This document shows, in pieces, positions 1 to 10,476 of a stretch of DNA of 64,000 nucleotides. This DNA comes from Escherichia coli (GTDB lineage: Bacteria; Pseudomonadota; Gammaproteobacteria; Enterobacterales; Enterobacteriaceae). The notes beneath the pieces are model-generated. The model did no database searches. It saw only the letters and a program-made list of their open reading frames with translations, and was not told the DNA's origin. The stretch is taken from assembly GCF_044324875.1 (NCBI RefSeq), contig NZ_CP172185.1; one strand, given 5' to 3'. Position 1 is the stretch's first letter, and every line of letters starts with the position of its first letter. A program made the position numbers and the translations under genes.

Positions 1-768
1 GATGGCTATCTGTGCCACGCTGGCATTCCTTTCGGCTCCCATTTTTTTCATGGCGGCGGTTAGTCTTTCTATCTGCGGCAGTACTGCGTTATAACTTTCG
101 GCCCGGCCACTCCCGGCAGGCATGGGATGATTTGAATCATAACGACCACTGAGCGCGCCTTGCTCCAGGACCATGTAAGCAAAGAACGTGATGTTATTTT
201 GTCGGCAATAATCAAGGATCCCGGCCTCTTCAGAAGCGCGATAGAGCAGGCTGTAGTGATTTTGTACTGCACTGAGGGAATAACCGGAAGCGTTAAGGAT
301 TTCATTGGCGCGTCTGATTTGTGCCAGATTGTGGTTGGAAACACCTACGCGTTTTACCTTACCGCTTTGTAAAAGTGGGATCAATCCTGGCGTCCATTTT
401 TCGACGTCGAGGGGATTATGGATCCAGTAGATATCAATCGCGTCCACGCCCAAGCGCCCAAGGCTGGCCTCAAGCATATCGCTGACAGGCTGCGCAGACT
501 GCTTGTCCGCAATCTGCGGCGTGAATTTGGTGGATAAAATTATGTTCTCGCGAGGAAACTGACGGACTAATGCTCCCAGCGCAGTCTCGGAACTCCCCAT
601 ACCATATACTGCTGCGGTATCCCAGAGATTGAGGCCCTTACTCATGGCCGCAGTGAACACTTCTGCCATCTGAGTATCAGAAAGATGATTACCAAAGACG
701 GTGTCGCCGCCGGCAAAGCCTGTGCCCCAGGACCATGTACCTAGTGCGACTGGAGGTAGTGTTTTCAT
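1..768 (-). CDS. Aldo-keto reductase family oxidoreductase, 3' end beyond window edge
   Basis: Hand translation of the minus strand from ATG at 768 gives MKTLPPVALGTWSWGTGFAGGDTVFGNHLSDTQMAEVFTAAMSKGLNLWDTAAVYGMGSSETALG... open to position 1 (about 256 codons, no stop). AGGAG ribosome-binding site upstream. Absent from ORF track because it is truncated by the window edge. Confidence 0.75.
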   Translation of the reverse strand, partial: MKTLPPVALGTWSWGTGFAGGDTVFGNHLSDTQMAEVFTAAMSKGLNLWDTAAVYGMGSSETALGALVRQFPRENIILSTKFTPQIADKQSAQPVSDMLEASLGRLGVDAIDIYWIHNPLDVEKWTPGLIPLLQSGKVKRVGVSNHNLAQIRRANEILNASGYSLSAVQNHYSLLYRASEEAGILDYCRQNNITFFAYMVLEQGALSGRYDSNHPMPAGSGRAESYNAVLPQIERLTAAMKKMGAERNASVAQIAI

Positions 769-829
769 ATTCAGCTCCTGAAAAAAGGCCGGATCGTGGC
801 TGACTTAAACCGGCCAAGTAAGGAATTAA

Positions 830-1519
830 TTAAGCTGTCCGGCGGAGTGCATTTAACAGCGCCACACCAACCCCATGTGCTGAAGCGGGATTCTGCCCCG
901 TGATAAGGCGATCGTCGGTAACCACGTTTTCAGACCAGTTTGGAGCTTCATGATAAAGCGCACCATGCTCGCGAAGTGCGGTTTCAAGCAGGAAGGGAAC
1001 CACATCTGTTGTGTGAACTTCTTCCTCTTCCTTGTTGGTAAAGGCCGCCACATTTTTCCCTTTTATCAGGTATTCGCCGCTACTGAGTTTTGCGTCAACC
1101 AATGCCGCAGGCCCGTGGCAGACGGCTGAGACAATCCCATCACTTTCATACACTTCGCGGATAATACGCTGGGCATCCTGATTATCACGGAAATCCCACA
1201 TGGTCCCATGACCACCTGCAAAGAAAACTGCGCTGTAATCGGCACCTTTCAGCTCGGATAACGCAGGTGTTGTTGCCAGGCGCTGCTGAAAATCGGTTTC
1301 GTTCCAGTACCAGGCGTTAACAGGGTCGCTGAGGTTAAATCCATCCACCGGTGGCTGCCCCCCGCGAATACTGGCTATTGTTGTTTTTATTCCGGCATCT
1401 TCCAGTACTTTCAGCGGATGAGTCAGCTCGGCCAGGAAAAAACCGGTTGGTACACCGGATGCGCCTTTAATCGGATGGCTGGAAACGACACATAGCACTG
1501 GTTTATATGCAGGTTTCAT
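830..1519 (-). CDS. DJ-1/PfpI superfamily protein (class I glutamine amidotransferase-like; putative amidase/glyoxalase/hydratase)
   Basis: ORF 830..1531; start moved to ATG at 1519 (MKPAYKPV...) which has a GAGGA ribosome-binding site. Contains the nucleophile-elbow motif AVCHGP typical of DJ-1/PfpI proteins; ~229 aa. Confidence 0.75.
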   Translation of the reverse strand: MKPAYKPVLCVVSSHPIKGASGVPTGFFLAELTHPLKVLEDAGIKTTIASIRGGQPPVDGFNLSDPVNAWYWNETDFQQRLATTPALSELKGADYSAVFFAGGHGTMWDFRDNQDAQRIIREVYESDGIVSAVCHGPAALVDAKLSSGEYLIKGKNVAAFTNKEEEEVHTTDVVPFLLETALREHGALYHEAPNWSENVVTDDRLITGQNPASAHGVGVALLNALRRTA

Positions 1520-1527
1520 ATCGGTCC

Positions 1528-1839
1528 TCACTCTTTATTTTTAAATTCATCGGCGAAGAGATTTTCCCAGTTAATAAAGGAGCCAAGCGGTATACACTCG
1601 AAGCTTAGTAAGCCTGCTTTTGCCAACGGGAATTCGGCCATAACGTTCATCGCTTCATCGACAGAGTCACATTCAAGAAAAATAGCGACGCCAGGTCTGT
1701 CCTGACGGAAGTAGATGTCGCGGATGAAGCCTGATTTATACAATCCCCAGGCGTGCAGAGCTTCAGCGTTGAGGTGCGGAGCATATTTCTCCAGCGATGC
1801 TACAGGGGCAGGGATATCCAGACATAAAATTCGCATCAT
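1528..1839 (-). CDS. Small conserved protein of unknown function, first gene of the operon
   Basis: 103-aa ORF with AGGAG ribosome-binding site; its stop overlaps the alternative GTG start of the DJ-1 ORF (GTGA). Family assignment not possible by eye. Confidence 0.55.
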   Translation of the reverse strand: MMRILCLDIPAPVASLEKYAPHLNAEALHAWGLYKSGFIRDIYFRQDRPGVAIFLECDSVDEAMNVMAEFPLAKAGLLSFECIPLGSFINWENLFADEFKNKE

Positions 1840-1975
1840 AGTCTCCTGAACTCAGGTCGTAGTAGAAAGAGACTAAAGTATAAGAGGCGTATTTCAGGAA
1901 GATTAGAGGGTCATTGACTTAAGCATTTTTAGACTGTACTTAATAATCAGGCGAGAATTGCTTTAGGAAAACATT

Positions 1976-2875
1976 ATGAATAACGCTCTTTATAACCAGA
2001 TTCGCATCTTCCAGAGCATTGCGCGGGAGGGCAATATTTCGGCAGCCGCAAGGAAACTGGAAATTACGCCTCCCTCCGTCAGCAATGCACTAAAGCTGCT
2101 GGAAGAGTATATCGGTCATCCGCTTTTTGTGCGTACGACCCGCCGTATAGAGCTGACGGAAACCGGTCAATTATTGCTGGAACAGACCGCTGCGGCGGTG
2201 GAGTCGCTGGAAAACTCACTTGAAAGCATTCGCGACCAGCATCAGGAGCCCTCAGGGATGGTGCGAATTACGCTCTCGCGTTTTGCCTACCTGTTAATTC
2301 TTAAGCCTGCGATGGCAGAATTCTGTCAGCAATATCCGGGTATACAGTTAGAAATTTCGGTCTACGACGGTACCGTGAATATCATCAAAGAGCGTTTTGA
2401 TCTGGGGATCCGTTTTGGCGATATTCTTGAGGGAGGGGTGGTGGCCCGACCGTTAATGAAACCGTTTCGTGAAGGATTATATGCATCCTCAGCGTATCTC
2501 TCCCGACATGGAACGCCTGAAGTGCCGGCAGATCTCTGTCATCACCAGCTGATTGGTTACCGTTTTATCACCAACAACCGCATCCTTCCGCTGCTCCTGA
2601 ACGATCGCGGTGAGCAGTTGACCGTTGAGATGCCGGGGCAGTTAATCAGCAACGATATTGACGTTATGGCAGACGGGATCCGTAACGGGCTGGGAATTGG
2701 GCGCTTGTTTGAGCCTGTCTGGCAGTTACAGCCGGACAGGGAGCGCTTTATTCCGGTGATGGAGAGCTACTGGAAAACCTACCCGCCAGTGTATCTCTAT
2801 TACCCCAAAAACGCGGGTAAAACGAAAAGAGTGAAGGCCCTGATTGATTTTCTGATATCCACTACGGGGCGATAA
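1976..2875 (+). CDS. LysR-family transcriptional regulator, divergent from the small-protein/DJ-1/AKR operon
   Basis: 299 aa; N-terminal helix-turn-helix region (IFQSIAREGNISAAARKLEITPPSVSNALKLLEEYIGHPLF) and LysR-type co-inducer domain; divergent arrangement typical of LysR regulators. Confidence 0.85.
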   Translation: MNNALYNQIRIFQSIAREGNISAAARKLEITPPSVSNALKLLEEYIGHPLFVRTTRRIELTETGQLLLEQTAAAVESLENSLESIRDQHQEPSGMVRITLSRFAYLLILKPAMAEFCQQYPGIQLEISVYDGTVNIIKERFDLGIRFGDILEGGVVARPLMKPFREGLYASSAYLSRHGTPEVPADLCHHQLIGYRFITNNRILPLLLNDRGEQLTVEMPGQLISNDIDVMADGIRNGLGIGRLFEPVWQLQPDRERFIPVMESYWKTYPPVYLYYPKNAGKTKRVKALIDFLISTTGR

Positions 2876-3166
2876 AGACGATAACGCCTCGTTCGGTATG
2901 GAGATGCATCGAATGGCATTGTGAGTTTTTTTTCACAGATGGGCGTAATCGTCAGTGGATTTTACATACAAGGATAGCGCCCACATACTGACATCATTAA
3001 TTAACGTTGGGTGAGGTTTACCGGGGGGAGGGGAAAGCGAACCAGGAGATGGAGGTGGCCAATCTGGTACGAACCGCCGCGTAGCTTGCACGGCAAAAGC
3101 TGCTGACTGATTCATCAGTTAAGCTACTGAAAGAGCGGAACACATGAACTTAAGAACAAACCCACC

Positions 3167-3197
<31 letters not shown>

Positions 3198-3273
3198 ATA
3201 TAAACCAAGGGAGAATCCAGTCGTTGGCGGTCATGATTGTCCTGCTCATTAACAACGACCAAAACCCCATATC

Positions 3274-4458
3274 TTACTTAATACCGTATTCTCGGCTTAA
3301 CCGGCCGTGCAACCTCAACACATTGGTTTCAACTGCCGTCACCACGTTCTCCGGAAAATCTGTCGGTAATGAAGTCTTCACGTTATCCAGTGCTGCCGGA
3401 ATCATTCTGGCAAAGTCACTCAGGATTTCATGCATCTGCACTTCCGGAAATTTCAGCAACTTTGCTGTCGCCAGAAAATGTCGCGGATAAATTTTATCGA
3501 TTGCCGTTTTTTTGCCTTTGGATGCGTTAAGCCCCATTGCCAGTTTGAACCACTGGAACACCTGAAACTTCATAAAATCATAGCGATCTTTCAGCGCCTC
3601 GCTGGACCCCATCAAAAAAGCCATGATCCGCGCGATGCCTGGGCCTCCATCTGATTCATATTTCACCGATGAAGTTAAACCGAATGTCTGACACATATCC
3701 TCCTGTGGCAAGCGAAGTAAAACCGTTCGCTCAGCATTCCAACGCCTGTCAAAACGTTCGACCGCTAACGCGCGCACATTCCCCGCTTTAATGATTTCTG
3801 CGTCCGGCACATTCAACCCAAGTTCTTTCGCCAGCAGCAGACAGTAATACTCATTATCAACGCTTTGGCTGAGATCGAGCGTCGCATTGGGCTGCCTGAT
3901 TTCGCCAATCGGTAATTTAATGATGTGCGTCGTCGGCGTTATTCCTTTCGGAATGCACCAGTCATTGCCTATTCTGAGCAGCGCTGTCTTCTCCTGCGCG
4001 CCAGCAACCGAGATGCGAAAGTCATTTTCTTCTCTAATCATGCCCAGAGGGATATCTGCTTTATAAGCCGTTAATACTTCTTCAAGTCTGGCTTCAGTAA
4101 GCTTTTCCCATGCCATTATCGGATGCGTTACGGTTTCGTCTTCGGGTATTAACGTCACGGCACCAACGCTGTCTCGCCCTATTTCTGACAATAAATCAAA
4201 CGGTTGTCTGGATTTGGCATGATAACGTTTAACGATCCGGTCACGTACAATCGGGCTATCGGGTAACAGATTATCGAAGAAGTTAAATACGGCATCAGAG
4301 GTGATATTCCCCCTCTGCAATGGCAGCGAAAGTGACAACGGTCTGGCATAACGGCTGGCTAACCACTCCGGTGCATACTTAAAGGTGTGCGCGCCGTTGG
4401 CTAACTTCGTTAACTCGCCTACCCGCTGGTTGTTCATCCAAGTGACAAGTTTAGGCAT
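3274..4458 (-). CDS. hipA: HipA serine/threonine kinase toxin homolog with in-frame internal deletion of ~46 residues (catalytic core missing)
   Basis: N-terminus MPKLVTWMNNQRVGELTKLANGAHTFKYAPEWLASRYARPL and C-terminus LRLHGRLSREYG.K match HipA. Product is 394 aa versus 440 aa for K-12 HipA. At the junction ...KFQVFQW-FK-LAMGLNASKGKK the segment recalled as LIGATDGHAKNFSVF...GIHISDL is absent. Start reassigned from ORF-track 4515 to ATG at 4458. Confidence 0.85.
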   Translation of the reverse strand: MPKLVTWMNNQRVGELTKLANGAHTFKYAPEWLASRYARPLSLSLPLQRGNITSDAVFNFFDNLLPDSPIVRDRIVKRYHAKSRQPFDLLSEIGRDSVGAVTLIPEDETVTHPIMAWEKLTEARLEEVLTAYKADIPLGMIREENDFRISVAGAQEKTALLRIGNDWCIPKGITPTTHIIKLPIGEIRQPNATLDLSQSVDNEYYCLLLAKELGLNVPDAEIIKAGNVRALAVERFDRRWNAERTVLLRLPQEDMCQTFGLTSSVKYESDGGPGIARIMAFLMGSSEALKDRYDFMKFQVFQWFKLAMGLNASKGKKTAIDKIYPRHFLATAKLLKFPEVQMHEILSDFARMIPAALDNVKTSLPTDFPENVVTAVETNVLRLHGRLSREYGIK

Positions 4459-4724
4459 TACCACTCCAGATCTTGCTGTTCTGTTGATTCTGGCGAGGCA
4501 TTTTTCGCGTCGCATAGCGTCATTGAGAGTTCAAGCGACTGTAAAATCTTAAAAAATGTCGTGAGCGTGGTATTGTCAGGGTTGTTTTCGAAATTGGAAA
4601 TTGTCGCCTGCTTAATACCGATTTTTTTCGCCAGCTCGCTCTGCGTCCAGCCATTTTGCTGACGAACCAGTTTCATTGCATTCGCTAATTGCGTTGGGTT
4701 ATAGATCTTCTGAAAGCTCATCAT
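4458..4724 (-). CDS. hipB: HipB antitoxin / HTH-XRE transcriptional repressor
   Basis: 88 aa MMSFQKIYNPTQLANAMKLVRQQNGWTQSELAKKIGIKQATISNFENNPDNTTLTTFFKILQSLELSMTLCDAKNASPESTEQQDLEW; stop overlaps the hipA ATG by 1 nt as in the known hipBA operon. Confidence 0.9.
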   Translation of the reverse strand: MMSFQKIYNPTQLANAMKLVRQQNGWTQSELAKKIGIKQATISNFENNPDNTTLTTFFKILQSLELSMTLCDAKNASPESTEQQDLEW

Positions 4725-4745
4725 GTCATACGTCCACAGCATATT

Positions 4746-4859
4746 TATCCGCTCAAGGGGATATTATCAGTTTTATCCTTTAGTGGGGATAAAGTCAATC
4801 AGGAAACACATCTTATCCGCTGTACGGGATAAACGCTGCGATATCCTCGATCGCGGATA
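4746..4859 (-). promoter_or_regulatory. hipBA promoter-operator region with four HipB operators (TATCC-N8-GGATA)
   Basis: Four exact copies of TATCC-N8-GGATA at 4746..4763, 4774..4791, 4814..4831 and 4842..4859, immediately upstream of hipB. Confidence 0.8.
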
Positions 4860-4907
4860 AAAGGAAGGCTTAAGCCGCATGCCATCTCGACATGCGGCTT
4901 ATACGGT

Positions 4908-7900
4908 TTACCAGCTATATTTCACTCCCAGCATGCCCTGAGTATCGCTATAGCCTTTATCACCTAGTTGCACACCGACATTCCCCCACAGGCTAAGGTT
5001 GTTATTTACTTTCGCCTCAACCCCGGTACGTACTTCACCGAGATTACGCGCACCATCACGGCTTACGGTTTGACCATTCATCTTCACTGCGTAGACTTTG
5101 CTGTTGTTGATCCAGTTCGCTTCAATGTAAGGCTGGAACTCACGCTGTTTACCATCGTCACGCTGGTGATGGCTGTTCAGGTAGGTTTTCACCCCAAGTC
5201 GCGTTTGCACGTTTCCGTCGCCTTCCGTTTCAATGCGTGTTCCGTCTTTCCGGGTATGGTCAGAATCTTTCACACCCATCCAGGTGATTTGTACCTGTGG
5301 CTGGACGTACCAGGTATTCAGCGTCCCTTCGCTGCCGCTAAAAGTTCCCGCTTCAAAGGTATACCCACCCTCAACAGAGGCCGTCACACCGCGAGAATCA
5401 TAGTCGTCAGCAGAACGGTTATCGGAACTGACGCTGTTATCAAACCAGTTATACAGCGCCCAGCTGTCAACATAAGCGCCGGTCTTATTCGCATCGTTCT
5501 GATACCAGGTCGCGTACAGTCCTGCGCTGTAACCGCTGATGCGCCCATCCGATTTATAACCCACACGATTACTCTGAGTATTACTGTGCTGATTGGCGTA
5601 GCCTGCCATCACGCCAAGATGCCAGCGATCCTGCGCGTTGCTACTCCACTGCGCCAAATCGCCTCCTAGCTGCAATACATAGCGGTTAGCCTGAGTATTT
5701 AGCTGGCCGTCACCGGTCCTGAAACGTTCGTGCCCCCCGACATGACGCATCCACATACTGCTTGCCGAACCCTGAGAATGCAGTGAATCTGTATACTGCG
5801 GCTCACCCAGACGGTCGTGTAAGCGATGGCTAAACAGCGAGTTGGCTGCGGCAATGTTGCTGATATAGCTTCCGGCCTCCGGGCGATAAACTGATGGGCC
5901 TTCCGGATCCACAACAGGGGGATTATTGATGGGATCGGGTGTATCCGGTGGCGTTACGCCTTCCCATTTACTGGTCAGATACCAGTTTTTCTCGTCATTC
6001 CCCTTCCCTTTAGCCAGCGTGTAGACGTAAGCCCCAGCTTCGACAGTTCCGGTGGTCAGCGCGAAGTTACCTGCAGAATTACCGCCAACCTCAATGAGTT
6101 CAATACCGTTGACCGTTTGTGCACCGACGCCGCCAATGTTATCAACCCGAACGCGAGTGTTCCCTTGGGTATCGCCTTTCACGTTCATCTTATCGGTGGG
6201 CGAATTATCGCCGCCCAGCGTCGCGTTGAACGTCATCAGGCCATTGTTTCCATTATAGTTACCGTTAACGGTCAGTACATTCCCCGGTTTCCCCCCTTCG
6301 CTGTTCATTTGAACCGTGCCACCATTCTCCAGGTTACCGCCGACAGTGGTTTTAGCGACACGCAGTGTCCCCCCTGGCATAACGTTCACATCACCTGCAG
6401 TGGTGACATTTCCCGACATCACACCGCTGTTATGGATATTAATGTGCTGACTTGCCATATTAATGGCAGAGTCGGAACCGAAAGCAATTTCACCACCCAC
6501 GATATCCGTCGTACCCTGATACGCCGCGGAATCGTTGTTAAGAGTCAGGATCCCGGTACCCAGTTTTGTCACATCACCGCTACCGCTGATACTGTGCGTC
6601 ATCGCCCAGCTACGCTCAGTGGAGATGGTGAGCAGGCCATTATTGATAACGGAAGCATCACCCAGGTTTTTCTGATCGTTGACGCTGAGCGCGCTGCCTG
6701 TATCAATGTTGAATTGCCCCACAAAGCGGCTATTATCGCCATCCAGCTCTACATCTGTCCTGGCGGTTGCGCTCACGATACCCTTCCCGCTTATGCTATT
6801 ACGCAGTTCTCCAGTCACGTTTTTTAGCGTTAACAGACCGTCATTGGCAATATTTCCTCTGCCTAACCCCTGCGTATTATCGAGGCTGACTTCCGCATTT
6901 GGGCTAATGCTGGTTAACGCATTGTAGCGTGCATTAAGCCCCTCGATAGCCAGTGTTCCCCCTGTAACATTCAGGTTTCCGCCACCTGTCAGTTCACCCT
7001 GACTGATCCCACCTTTATTTACCGTGAGCGCCCCCTCTTTGAACAAAACAGTCGAACCCATCTGCCCGGTGAATGTCTCTACCGTCTGCGTCGATCCATT
7101 AAGATCGACGATGGCCGCGTTGCTGATGTTCAGTTCCCGGGTGTTGCCAAGTGCACCATCCGCATCGGTACGTAATGTCCCCATCTGAACGTAGGTTGCC
7201 CCCTGATAGTCGTTCTGACCGTTGGAAAGCGAAACCTGTCGTACCGTATTGATTGCCAGATCCCCTTCACCACCGATTTTTGCCGACATATCGGCTGTTG
7301 CGCCATAGGCTCCGCCATGTTCGGCTAACGTCAGCTTTTGCCCACCATGGATGTTCAGCGCTTTCAGCCCATAGTTAACGTACAAACCATCACCTGGTGC
7401 GGTCGTGAGGCGGAATCCATAATCACCCTCGGCGACCACTGTTCCGTTTTGTGCAATGTGTAACTTTTTGTCCGCTTCCACCGCGTCGCCCTGTAAATCA
7501 CGTAACGTTAATGAGCCACCCGATCCAATAACCGTTTGCGCCTTCACCAGTTGAACGCCGACATGGCTATCATCGTGTTCCAGCAAATTGAGCGTCGTCA
7601 GAGGGTTATTCGCCATGGGATCATTCCACGGTTTAGGCACGTCGATAAGCACGTCGCCCATCCCGTTTACCTGATAGTTACGGCCTTTCCAGGTGTAGTC
7701 ACCCGTGCCGACAACCAGCGTATCGACGCTGATATATCCCTCCGCAAGCGTCGCAGCAGGTATATCCGTATCGAAAGTGAGCGTACCGCCATTCATGGCT
7801 AGTCCACCAATGGATTGCTCTCCCACTTTTACCGATGTGGTATTTTCACTGTCAGACTGAAGCATCGCGTGAGTAAGCGCAGCGGTGTTGTCGCGTTCCA

Positions 7901-9723
7901 GTGTGAAGGTACTGTCTTTCAGTTGGGCAACACCGGCGAATTCAGTTCCTGTTGCATGGGTAAAGCCAAACATTTTGTCGGAGGATGACAGCTGCACTCG
8001 CATCAAGCCATCGCCTTTGAGCGCATTGGTCAGCGTGTAATCTCCTGCACTGTTCGTTGATGCGAGAATGTCGAGCGTACCGGGGCTTGCAATGGTTACT
8101 TCACTCGAACCCATGCCTGTTACCCCATCTGCCGTATGTGACGCAATAGTCAGGAGGCCGTCATTGACCAGCGTTTTACCACTATAAGTATTCCCTGCAT
8201 TGAACACCGTATGGCCTGCATCATGCATCACTTTTCCGTCTTTATCGTCACCCGTAATCAGCATATCGACCTGGTAGCCGGCATCACTGTTATTAGTATG
8301 ATTAAAGACAAAAACGCCTTCGCCAAGACCAAACTCCACTTTCGTCGCATTGGTGATAAACCCGGCATCTGCCGCCGCCTCACCGTGAGCAGCACCAATG
8401 TTTAGCGTTCCTACAGCAGGTTCAAAAACACCTAAGTAAACTTCTCCACCTTCGACATTCAACGTGCCGTTATTCGTCAGGGTTAACGTACCCGTGCCTG
8501 TCGTCCCTACGTTCATATTGAATGTTTCAAGAAGAGAGTTCTGCCCATCCACCCGCACGTCGCCCTTACTTTTGTCATTGAGAGCTATTTGTGTATCACG
8601 CGCTTTAACTATACCTCCGGTGGTAATATTCAGTTCACCCGTGCCTAATACACCGACCTGTAGCAATTGGGCGTTAGTAGATGACGTTTTTAAATTCCAG
8701 AGACTATCCGTTGAAATATTAACTATCCCCTTACCGGAGGCATTTCCTCCGATAAATCCATAGCCCGTTGAATTAAGAGTGGCACCATTACTGACATTTA
8801 CGATGCCGCTACCAAAATTACCGACATTGATACCTACAGTATCGAACGATGATGTCGCATCCATCAGGTTCAGTGTGCCGATACCGCTTGCTTTATCGCC
8901 CAAAAAAGTAATATTTTGCGATACGAACTTACCGCCATCGCTGATATTGAGGTTTCCGACACCCGCAACACCAATGGTGGTATAGACATTCTTATTGACC
9001 TCCCACATCCCCCCCGTGGTGATGCTGACATTCCCGACGCCGGTTTCTCCATAACCGAGTGAGCTTCCTCCGTTGCTGACAACAAGCCCCTCATTACTGA
9101 TATTCATTTCGCCGTGGCCGTCATAACCAAGATTAGTTCCGAGATTAGTGATAACGGAGTTCTTATCCTTAATAGTAATGTTGCCTGTGCCTGTTTCTTT
9201 CATCCCCGCAGTGATAATTCCCGAATCTACTTTTCCTTCACTCGAGACATTAAGTTCACCGTCGCCAGCATCACCGATATAGATATAGCGGAAAGCTTCG
9301 CCCGTTCCGAGGAAATTCCAATGCCCTTTATCGGTCACGTTGACGACACCGTGGGACCCGTCCTGAACGCCCACAAATGAATATTCTTTGTTATTAATCA
9401 GTCCATTATTGGAAATATTGACTTTGCCATTACCGAAATATCCATTATAGAGTCTGCGTACCGTGATAACAGAGTCTTGATCCTGCACATTCAGGGTTCC
9501 GATACCGGTGGCATTGCCACCGATAATCGTATTTTCAGCCGTAATCAGCCCCCCCTCGCGAATAGTCGCTTCCCCCGTGCCTTGATTGCCAATTTGAAAT
9601 TCAATTGAGGAATCATTATTTTTTATTAGCCACTCGCCACCCTTTTCAACGACAACCTTACCATTGCTGTTCGCCTGATATCCTACAATGGCGACGATTG
9701 AACTCGTGACGTAACCCTTATCC
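4908..9723 (-). pseudogene. yneO: Autotransporter adhesin (YdeK/YneO-like) truncated at its 5' end by IS1; no signal peptide
   Basis: 1609-aa ORF whose first 5 codons lie inside the IS1 end (TTG start at 9737). Gly/Asn/Thr-rich repetitive passenger and a C-terminal beta-barrel ending ...GMLGVKYSW. N-terminus MAASPDKGYVTSS... has no signal peptide. Symbol given by synteny (between hipB and lsrK). Confidence 0.8.
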
Positions 9724-9778
9724 GGTGATGCTGCCAACTTACTGATTTAGTGTATGATGGTGTTTTTGAGGTGCTCCA

Positions 9779-10054
9779 GTGGCTTCTGTTTCTATCAGCT
9801 GTCCCTCCTGTTCAGCTACTGACGGGGTGGTGCGTAACGGCAAAAGCACCGCCGGACATCAGCGCTATCTCTGCTCTCACTGCCGTAAAACATGGCAACT
9901 GCAGTTCACTTACACCGCTTCTCAACCCGGTACGCACCAGAAAATCATTGATATGGCCATGAATGGCGTTGGATGCCGGGCAACTGCCCGCATTATGGGC
10001 GTTGGCCTCAACACGATTTTACGTCACTTAAAAAACTCAGGCCGCAGTCGGTAA
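9779..10054 (+). CDS. insA: IS1 InsA
   Basis: 91 aa [51 protein letters not shown]... Confidence 0.95.
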
Positions 10055-10476
10055 CCTCGCGCATACAGCCGGGCAGTGACGTCATCGTCTGCGCGGAAAT
10101 GGACGAACAGTGGGGCTATGTCGGGGCTAAATCGCGCCAGCGCTGGCTGTTTTACGCGTATGACAGGCTCCGGAAGACGGTTGTTGCGCACGTATTCGGT
10201 GAACGCACTATGGCGACGCTGGGGCGTCTTATGAGCCTGCTGTCACCCTTTGACGTGGTGATATGGATGACGGATGGCTGGCCACTGTATGAATCCCGCC
10301 TGAAGGGAAAGCTGCACGTAATCAGCAAGCGATATACGCAGCGAATTGAGCGGCATAACCTGAATCTGAGGCAGCACCTGGCACGGCTGGGACGGAAGTC
10401 GCTGTCGTTCTCAAAATCGGTGGAGCTGCATGACAAAGTCATCGGGCATTATCTGAACATAAAACACTATCAATAA
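9973..10476 (+). CDS. insB: IS1 InsB (transposase made as InsAB' by -1 frameshift)
   Basis: 167-aa ORF overlapping insA in the -1 frame; the A-run frameshift site TTAAAAAACTC lies in the overlap. Confidence 0.9.

Noticed and set aside
4968-9380. Numerous 60–236-aa ORFs on the + strand inside the adhesin gene (for example 4968..5669, 6117..6827, 8464..8763)
   Set aside because: They are antisense to a continuous 1609-aa frame, and their Pro/Ser/Thr/Val-rich content is the mirror of the Gly/Asn/Thr-rich repetitive passenger. Typical shadow ORFs, not genes.
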